From Prochlorococcus sp. MIT 0801 (GTDB lineage Bacteria; Cyanobacteriota; Cyanobacteriia; PCC-6307; Cyanobiaceae): 32,000 nucleotides of DNA. The notes under the pieces are model-generated. The model was not told the DNA's origin. It worked only from the letters and a program-made list of their open reading frames with translations, and ran no database searches. The stretch spans positions 240,001 to 272,000 of the forward strand of contig NZ_CP007754.1 in the NCBI RefSeq assembly GCF_000757865.1, written 5' to 3'. A program made the translations under genes and the position numbers. Of the stretch, positions 25,827-32,000 are shown in pieces (position 1 is the first letter of the stretch; each line of letters begins with the position of its first letter).

Positions 25827-27494
25827 TCAACTATTCAAGCTATCAATTGCAGCTGTGAGCGCTTCTTTTCTGGTACCAATTACATCAACTCCAAATTTAG
25901 CAAGCCTGTCCTTTACTCTTCCTGTTGCACCAGCAACATATGCTTCCCTTGAGTTGTTTAGCGCTTCCTGAACCATATCTTCTATTGCGAGAGTCGCCGT
26001 AACTCCAAGTCTAGGAACATCTGTTATGTCAAGAATTAGAACCTTATAGTTTCTTACAAGCATCATTCTTTCAGTAATTCCTTTTGCTGCTCCAAAGCTA
26101 AGTGGTCCTTTTAATCTGAATAACATTACTTCTCCCGCACAACGATCTAGAAGTGCTTTCTCATCTGAAGGGAGTTGTGCATTTGCTGCATTGTTATTTG
26201 ATGATGAATCGAATGGATTGTCAGCTTCCATTCCTTCCAATTGTGTCTCTGTAATTGAATCGATCGTGAGCATATTTGCTATGAATACTCCAACTAGTAC
26301 AGCCCATATCAAGTCCCAAAAAACTGTCATCAAGAGGACTCCATACATCACACTTGCCGTTTTCAGCGAAAGTTTGTGGGCTCTTAATAGAAATCCCCAA
26401 TCAATAATATCTAAGCCAACTTTGATTAAAATTCCTGCAAGAAGAGATGTAGGAATCTGAGCGGCTAGAGGACCAGCACCAACAAGAACAAATAGCAATA
26501 CAACTGAATGAACCATCCCTGAGATTGGGGTGGAACCTCCAGATTTGACATTAATTACTGTTCTCATAGTTGCCCCAGCACCAGGCAAACCTGTGAAAAT
26601 TCCAGCTACTGCATTTCCAATACCTTGTCCAATTAGCTCTCTATCAGAATTGTGCCTAGTTTGAGAAATATTATCTGCTACAAGAGATGTAAGAAGAGAG
26701 TCAATAGCCCCAAGAACAGCAAGGACTAGGCCAGCTTTAAGAATTATTGGGAAGAAATTGCCAAAGCTTGGATCTGGAAGACTTAAAGAAAGTCCACCCT
26801 CTGGTATCGCGCCTATTCGGTCTATTGAACTATCGCCAAAAAGAATTATTGATAAAGGAGTAACTATTAGTAATGCTAAAAGAGGTGAGGGGACCCATTG
26901 ACTTATTTTCCGGGGGGTCAAAAACACTATCACAAGTGTCATTGCTGCTACTGCTATTGCAGCTCCATTTGGTTCGAAATTATTAATTAAAGTTGAAAGA
27001 GATTCTAATACTCCTCCTCGAGTTGATATCCCAAGTAAGGGACCTATTTGAAGAGTAATTATGATTACTCCAATTCCAGACATAAAGCCTGAAACTACTG
27101 AGTATGGAACAAGCGTTATGTATTTACCAAGCCTTAGTAAGCCAAATAAAATCTGAAATAATCCTCCAATAACTACGGCAGCCATTACTAAGGGAAGAAT
27201 TTCTCCAGCAGATAAATCTCTAGGTACTCCTACAGCCGCTAAGCTCGCCACTACTCCAGCCACAGTGACGCTCATAGGCCCAGTCGGACCACTAACCTGA
27301 GAAGGTGTGCCTCCAAATAAAGCGGCGAGGAAGCCAACTACAACTGCCCCGTAAAGACCATAAATAGCGCCTCCAGGACCAAGAGCAGCATTGCCAAACG
27401 CTAAAGCTAGTGGTAATGCCACAACTGCAGCTGTTAAGCCACCTAAAACATCACCTCTAATATTTTTTAGGTGAAAGCCATTAATGAACGCCAA
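25827..27494 (-). CDS. bicA: SulP-family anion transporter with a C-terminal STAS domain, BicA-like bicarbonate transporter
   Basis: 555 aa. The N-terminus FHLKNIRGDVLGGLTAAVVALPLALAFG is typical of SulP/BicA, and a STAS domain sits at the C-terminus. TTG start preceded by AAGGAG with a 6-nt spacer. Confidence 0.87.
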   Translation of the reverse strand: MAFINGFHLKNIRGDVLGGLTAAVVALPLALAFGNAALGPGGAIYGLYGAVVVGFLAALFGGTPSQVSGPTGPMSVTVAGVVASLAAVGVPRDLSAGEILPLVMAAVVIGGLFQILFGLLRLGKYITLVPYSVVSGFMSGIGVIIITLQIGPLLGISTRGGVLESLSTLINNFEPNGAAIAVAAMTLVIVFLTPRKISQWVPSPLLALLIVTPLSIILFGDSSIDRIGAIPEGGLSLSLPDPSFGNFFPIILKAGLVLAVLGAIDSLLTSLVADNISQTRHNSDRELIGQGIGNAVAGIFTGLPGAGATMRTVINVKSGGSTPISGMVHSVVLLFVLVGAGPLAAQIPTSLLAGILIKVGLDIIDWGFLLRAHKLSLKTASVMYGVLLMTVFWDLIWAVLVGVFIANMLTIDSITETQLEGMEADNPFDSSSNNNAANAQLPSDEKALLDRCAGEVMLFRLKGPLSFGAAKGITERMMLVRNYKVLILDITDVPRLGVTATLAIEDMVQEALNNSREAYVAGATGRVKDRLAKFGVDVIGTRKEALTAAIDSLNS

Positions 27495-27636
27495 TCGACT
27501 CTCCTTACTTGATTTGACTTGAATAAGCCTATCTCTTCAAGGTTCAATTACGCTCGGCATTCTCAATTTTTACATACTAGATTTAGATAAAATCAGTAAA
27601 AGATTGACTCTTAGCACTTGAAAAAGCTTTATTTTT

Positions 27637-28572
27637 ATGGAATTAAACGGTTTTAAGGATTATTTCAAAATTCTTGGCATTAGTAGAAATGCTACCGAAA
27701 AAGAAATTAAAAGTGCATTCAGAAAACTTGCTAGACAATTTCATCCTGATTTACATCCACATGATGAGAAGGCTGAGTCAGAATTCAAAGAAATCAATGA
27801 AGCTTACGAGATTCTTTCGGATGAGGCTAAAAAAAAGTCTTATGAACAATATCTAAGTTATAGCTTCAAAAATAGAGATAGAAATTCTAGAGATTTTTAT
27901 ACAGAAGATAATGTTAATCAATTTGGTGAATATCTAAACTTTGAAGATTTTATGAGTGATTTAATTGGAAGATTTAGCGAGGTTGGTCAAAATATTTACT
28001 CAAATATATCTTTAGATAAGAATACTCGATCACTAAATCTTGATGCAGAATTTAATTTGCAGATTAGTTTTGTAGAAGCTTTGAATGGGGCAAAAAAGAA
28101 TCTTTTGGTGAATGATGAACGTATCGAGGTAAAAATCCCACAAGGAATTGAAACAGGATCAAAAATACGAATTAAAAATAAGGGGAACATTCATTCTGGA
28201 AAAGGGAAAAGAGGAGATCTATTGATTGAAGTTAGTATTAAATCTCATCCGATTTGGAAAGTTAAAGGTTTAGATGTTTATGCAGATTTACCTCTTTCTT
28301 TAGATGAATTTGCTTTGGGAGCAAATATTACGGTTGCCTCTCCTCAAGGCGATGCATATTTATTAATACCTTCAGGAAGTTTACCCGGGCAAAAATTGAG
28401 ATTAGAAGGCAAAGGATTACATAACTTGGATACCCAAGGAGATTTGTTTTTTACTCTTGAATTAAAGCTACCTGAAAATTGGTCAGCTGATGAGTTGAGA
28501 CTTCTTGAAAAGCTTAGATCTGTGCGAATAGATGAACCTCGATCAAGTTGGTTCGAGAAGGCTAGGACTTAA
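27637..28572 (+). CDS. J-domain co-chaperone lacking the Zn-finger (CbpA/DnaJ type II-like)
   Basis: 311 aa. J-domain (DYFKILGISRNATEKEIKSAFRKLARQFHPD). No CxxCxGxG repeats. DnaJ C-terminal beta-domains are present (GKGKRGDLLIEV). Confidence 0.88.
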   Translation: MELNGFKDYFKILGISRNATEKEIKSAFRKLARQFHPDLHPHDEKAESEFKEINEAYEILSDEAKKKSYEQYLSYSFKNRDRNSRDFYTEDNVNQFGEYLNFEDFMSDLIGRFSEVGQNIYSNISLDKNTRSLNLDAEFNLQISFVEALNGAKKNLLVNDERIEVKIPQGIETGSKIRIKNKGNIHSGKGKRGDLLIEVSIKSHPIWKVKGLDVYADLPLSLDEFALGANITVASPQGDAYLLIPSGSLPGQKLRLEGKGLHNLDTQGDLFFTLELKLPENWSADELRLLEKLRSVRIDEPRSSWFEKART

Positions 28573-28606
28573 AGGAAGTAAAATGTCGTTATCTTGATTG
28601 GTCCAT

Positions 28607-29605
28607 ATGGATCTTACTTATCGGCCCCGTCGTCTTCGCAGAACAAACTCTTTAAGAGAAATGGTTCGAGAGAACTCTGTCTCTGCTTCTGACTTCATCT
28701 ACCCTCTTTTTGTTCATGAAGGTTCAGATACTCAAGAAATAGCCGCGATGCCAGGTACAAGTCGCTGGCCCATAGATGGATTGATTGATGAAGTTAAGCG
28801 TGCTTGGAATCTAGGTATTAGATGTGTCGTTATTTTCCCAAAAGTTCCTGACGGGCAAAAAACAGAAGATGGAGCTGAATGCTTTAATGAAAAAGGTTTA
28901 ATACCAAGGACTATTGAAAGATTGAAAAAAGAGATACCGGAAATGTGTGTTATGACTGATGTTGCTTTAGATCCTTATTCTTGTGATGGTCATGATGGAA
29001 TAGTTAGTGATGACGGGATAATTTTGAATGATGCAACTGTTAATTATTTGTGTAAACAAGCTGTTGTTCAGGCACGAGCTGGAGCAGATTTAATTGGCCC
29101 AAGTGACATGATGGATGGAAGAGTTGGAGCAATAAGAGAAGCCTTAGATGATGAAGGTTTTGAACATGTAGGAATAATTAGTTATACGGCAAAATATTCA
29201 TCTGCATATTATGGACCGTTTAGAGAAGCTTTAGATTCTGCTCCTAGATCAATATCTAATAAGCCTATTCCGAAAAATAAAAACACCTATCAGATGGATC
29301 CAGCTAATGCTAGGGAAGCAATAACTGAAGCTCAGCTTGACGAACAAGAAGGATCAGACATCCTCATGGTTAAACCAGGTTTGGCTTACTTAGATATTAT
29401 TTACCGTTTAAGAGAAGAATCAGAACTACCTATCGCTGCGTATAACGTAAGTGGGGAGTACTCGATGGTCAAAGCTGCTGCTCAAAGAGGCTGGATAGAT
29501 GAAAGAGAAATTGTTTTGGAAACTTTATTGAGTTTTAAAAGAGCAGGAGCAAATTTGATCCTTACATATCACGCATGTGATGCCGCAGGATGGTTAAAAG
29601 AATAA
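28607..29605 (+). CDS. hemB: Porphobilinogen synthase (delta-aminolevulinic acid dehydratase)
   Basis: The track ORF starts at a TTG at 28598; the ATG at 28607 (MDLTYRPRRLRR) is the probable start. Aspartate-rich metal site DVALDPYSCDGHDG, a Schiff-base lysine context (ILMVKPG) and YNVSGEY. Confidence 0.95.
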   Translation: MDLTYRPRRLRRTNSLREMVRENSVSASDFIYPLFVHEGSDTQEIAAMPGTSRWPIDGLIDEVKRAWNLGIRCVVIFPKVPDGQKTEDGAECFNEKGLIPRTIERLKKEIPEMCVMTDVALDPYSCDGHDGIVSDDGIILNDATVNYLCKQAVVQARAGADLIGPSDMMDGRVGAIREALDDEGFEHVGIISYTAKYSSAYYGPFREALDSAPRSISNKPIPKNKNTYQMDPANAREAITEAQLDEQEGSDILMVKPGLAYLDIIYRLREESELPIAAYNVSGEYSMVKAAAQRGWIDEREIVLETLLSFKRAGANLILTYHACDAAGWLKE

Positions 29606-29633
29606 TAAAGTTGATTAAGAAAATTACTAAAAT

Positions 29634-30059
29634 TTGAACCTTCAATCAAAAGTAATGCAAAAAAAACAGTCTGAATTAAATATTGAAAGTGTTCATCGAC
29701 TCGGTCATGTTGCTATAAGAGTTGAGGATGTCAACAGAGCTAAAAGCTTTTATATGACCTTGGGAATGAAGCTCATATGGGATGATACTGATTGGTGTTA
29801 CTTAGAGGCGGGGGATAGTAAAGATGGTTTAGCTTTACTTGGCCCTAGCTATAAAGCTGCTGGTCCTCATTTCGCATTTCATTTCACTAATAAAGATGAG
29901 ATCAAAAGAATTCATGACTCTCTAAAAAAACGAGGGATCAAGGTTGGTGCTTTGCATGATCATCGAGATGGGACTTCTTCTTTTTATTTAAAAGATACAG
30001 AAGGTAATTGGTTAGAAATGCTTTATCACCCATCAACAGGAATACCAACAAATCAATAG
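29634..30059 (+). CDS. VOC (glyoxalase/bleomycin resistance/dioxygenase) superfamily protein
   Basis: 141 aa from a TTG at 29634; an in-frame ATG at 29655 is an alternative start. Motifs LGHVAIRVEDVNRAKSFY and EGNWLEM are typical of a VOC beta-alpha-beta-beta-beta module. Confidence 0.8.
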   Translation: MNLQSKVMQKKQSELNIESVHRLGHVAIRVEDVNRAKSFYMTLGMKLIWDDTDWCYLEAGDSKDGLALLGPSYKAAGPHFAFHFTNKDEIKRIHDSLKKRGIKVGALHDHRDGTSSFYLKDTEGNWLEMLYHPSTGIPTNQ

Positions 30060-30074
30060 ACTTTAGCTAGACGA

Positions 30075-32000
30075 ATGGGATTAACAAAAAATCATGATGA
30101 TTCTAAAAAGACACAAATAATATCAGAGTCTTTGGATTTGCTTGAATGGCCAACTGTTTGTAGCCATTTGTCTACATTCGCTCTTACTCAACAAGGTCGT
30201 AAAAAATGTGAAAGCTTTGATTTGCCACGAAATCTATCTTTAAGCCAAGAGCTATTGTCCCAAACATTAGAAATTGGGTCATTAGATAGTTCTCTTAATG
30301 CAGGAATATCTTTTGATGGTGTTCATGATTTGGAAAATATACTTTTGATATGCTCCAAAGGAGGTATTGCTATTGGTGAGGATTTATTAAAAGTAGCTGA
30401 TACTTTAAGAGCTGCTAGAAAATTACGAAAACTAATATTTGATCAAGTGATACGTCCACGACTTTCTGAATTACTCAAAGATGTTGCAACTTTGCCAGAT
30501 TTACAAAAACTCCTCGAATTCGGGCTTGATGAAGGAGGGCGAATTGCAGATCGTGCTAGCCCAAAGCTTTCTGAATTACGACGTTATAGAAATTCCGTAC
30601 GTCTTCAAAGAAAAGATATTCTTCAAGATATCATCCGGAAATATGGTGGATTACTTCAAGATAATATTATTTCAGAGAGGTATGGACGACCTGTTTTAGC
30701 GTTTAAGGCTGGGACTTCTGATCAAATCAAAGGAATGGTTCATGATAGTTCGGCCTCTGGGAACACGATATATGTCGAGCCCCAAGTTGTCATATCAATA
30801 GGAAATCGTTTAGCTAAGATAGATTCTGAAATCTCAGATGAAGAGAGGAGACTTTTAGCTGATTGGAGTAAAGAGGTTGGTCTTAATGCAATTGTAATAG
30901 CTCATTTAGTAGAGATCCTTTTGCAAATTGAGTTTGCATTGTCTCGAGCACGTTATTCTAAATGGCTTAATGGGGTCCCTGCAATTCTTGATCAAGAAGA
31001 ACATTCACTCTTTGAGATCAAAGATTTTCGTCATCCTTTATTAGTATGGAATGACTTCCATGAGAAAAAGAATACAGTAGTTCCAACTAGTTTTGATGTC
31101 GCCCCTGATTTAAAAGTTGTTGCGATTACAGGCCCTAATACTGGAGGGAAAACAGTTGCTTTGAAAAGTATTGGTTTAGCAGTTTTAATGGCAAAAGCGG
31201 GGTTGCTTTTGCCATGTACAGGCTCACCAAGATTACCATGGTGTAAAAATGTTTTCGCTGATATTGGTGATGAGCAATCTTTACAGCAAAATTTGTCTAC
31301 ATTTAGTGGACATATTCTTCGTATAAGTCGAATACTCGACGCTATAGATGTATTCCCTGGTACGACTCTCGTTCTTTTAGATGAAGTTGGAGCTGGAACT
31401 GATCCAACTGAAGGCACAGCATTGGCCATGGCACTCCTACAGGTAATGGCTGATAGAGCAAGATTAACTATCGCGACTACTCATTTTGGACAATTAAAAG
31501 CGCTCAAATATAGTGATTCAAGATTTGAAAATGCTTCAGTTTCTTTTGATAGTGAAACTATACAACCAACTTTTCATTTGCAATGGGGAATTCCTGGTCA
31601 AAGTAATGCAATTGAAATTTCAAAGAGACTTGGTCTCGATGAGCAAGTAATTATAAGTGCTCAAAAATTTATCAACCCTGAAAGGGTTGATAATGTTAAT
31701 CAAGTTATTCAAGGCTTAGAAAAACAACGCGAGCGTCAGCAATCAGCAGCTGAAGATGCTGCTGCATTATTGGCTAAAACCGAATTACTACATGAGGAAT
31801 TACTTAATAGTTGGCAGAAACAACGCCAACAATCGGAAGAGTTTAATGAACAAGGAAGGTTCAAATTGGAGTCATCAATTCGTGAAGGTCAAAAAGAAGT
31901 TAGACATTTAATTAAACGCTTGCGCGATCAAAACGCTAGTGGTGAGACAGCAAGAATTGCCGGTCAACGATTACGGCAAATAGAAAAGGGATATCGAAAC
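30075..32000 (+). CDS. mutS2: Endonuclease MutS2, N-terminal 642 codons; the 3' end lies beyond the window
   Basis: My own translation from the ATG at 30075 stays open to position 32000. It begins MGLTKNHDD...LEWPTVCSHLSTFALTQQGRKK. Walker A ITGPNTGGKTVALKS, Walker B VLLDEVGAGTDPTEG, and a C-terminal coiled coil. It is not in the ORF track because no stop lies in the window. Confidence 0.9.
   Translation, partial: MGLTKNHDDSKKTQIISESLDLLEWPTVCSHLSTFALTQQGRKKCESFDLPRNLSLSQELLSQTLEIGSLDSSLNAGISFDGVHDLENILLICSKGGIAIGEDLLKVADTLRAARKLRKLIFDQVIRPRLSELLKDVATLPDLQKLLEFGLDEGGRIADRASPKLSELRRYRNSVRLQRKDILQDIIRKYGGLLQDNIISERYGRPVLAFKAGTSDQIKGMVHDSSASGNTIYVEPQVVISIGNRLAKIDSEISDEERRLLADWSKEVGLNAIVIAHLVEILLQIEFALSRARYSKWLNGVPAILDQEEHSLFEIKDFRHPLLVWNDFHEKKNTVVPTSFDVAPDLKVVAITGPNTGGKTVALKSIGLAVLMAKAGLLLPCTGSPRLPWCKNVFADIGDEQSLQQNLSTFSGHILRISRILDAIDVFPGTTLVLLDEVGAGTDPTEGTALAMALLQVMADRARLTIATTHFGQLKALKYSDSRFENASVSFDSETIQPTFHLQWGIPGQSNAIEISKRLGLDEQVIISAQKFINPERVDNVNQVIQGLEKQRERQQSAAEDAAALLAKTELLHEELLNSWQKQRQQSEEFNEQGRFKLESSIREGQKEVRHLIKRLRDQNASGETARIAGQRLRQIEKGYRN

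Noticed and set aside
27601-27636. TTAGCACTT upstream of the J-domain gene, resembling a CIRCE (HrcA operator) half-site TTAGCACTC.
   Set aside because: The required inverted partner (GAGTGCTAA after a 9-nt spacer) is absent; the sequence continues gaaaaagctttattttt. It is a single half-site and probably coincidental.
28598-28606. TTG-extended starts proposed by the ORF track for hemB (28598), DUF2062 (708) and the VOC protein (29634).
   Set aside because: In-frame ATGs lie 3-7 codons downstream and give N-termini that fit the families (for example MDLTYRPRRLRR for HemB). The extensions are likely longest-ORF artefacts. The VOC start is left at the track coordinate but flagged as uncertain.
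31031-31429. 132-aa minus-strand ORF antisense to mutS2. The same class includes 30481-30699, 18998-19366, 18674-18904, 13066-13404, 13592-13858, 14865-15155, 15577-15771, 16136-16402, 12069-12332, 12396-12626, 10917-11165, 4377-4679, 22578-22832, 26191-26460 and 27996-28190.
   Set aside because: Each lies entirely inside a well-supported conserved gene on the opposite strand. Their compositions are odd (S/P/A/L-rich or low complexity) and show no recognisable motifs. They are typical shadow ORFs created by the codon bias of the real gene.

Overview
The window reads as a compact, low-GC (about 35% by eye) core-genome segment of a marine picocyanobacterium. Gene content, order and composition look Prochlorococcus-like, but this assignment is an inference, not a search result.

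About 31 protein genes fill roughly 93% of the sequence, and several overlap by 1-17 nt.
- Plus-strand genes, in order: a DUF2062 membrane protein, a duplicated OppD/F-YejF-type ABC ATPase, pgk, murG, eno, a thioredoxin-reductase-like flavoprotein, a J-domain protein, hemB, a VOC/glyoxalase protein and mutS2 (3' end cut by the window edge).
- Minus-strand genes, by coordinate: mnmE (N-terminal 219 codons; the gene continues past the window edge), spoT/relA, rluD, rbgA, a secreted hypothetical, cobD-like, pyrD, rnhA, rplL, rplJ, rplA, rplK, nusG, secE, a ClpB paralog, an ABC1/UbiB kinase with a small coiled-coil ORF, and a bicA / sbtA-like / P-II-like (sbtB-like) operon.
- RNA-level features: two clean rho-independent terminators (after pgk and after rplL), a GC-rich structured L10-leader-like spacer upstream of rplJ, and a possible L1-binding mimic upstream of rplA.

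I found no tRNA, rRNA, CRISPR array, transposase, integrase, phage gene or recognisable defence, toxin-antitoxin or restriction module. There is no compositional island. I cannot support the presence of a novel multi-gene system here.

The items most worth a second look:
1. The inorganic-carbon uptake locus, with a minimal SbtB-like protein that lacks a C-terminal redox extension.
2. A TrxR-like enzyme whose NADPH-binding motifs are degenerate (DTR/FFTR-like).
3. A divergent ClpB with a linker insertion and a pore-loop Tyr to Phe change.
4. An unusually long 480-bp intergenic region containing a repeated motif.
5. A small coiled-coil ORF whose stop overlaps the ABC1 kinase start.

All long antisense or alternate-frame ORFs in the track look like shadow ORFs.
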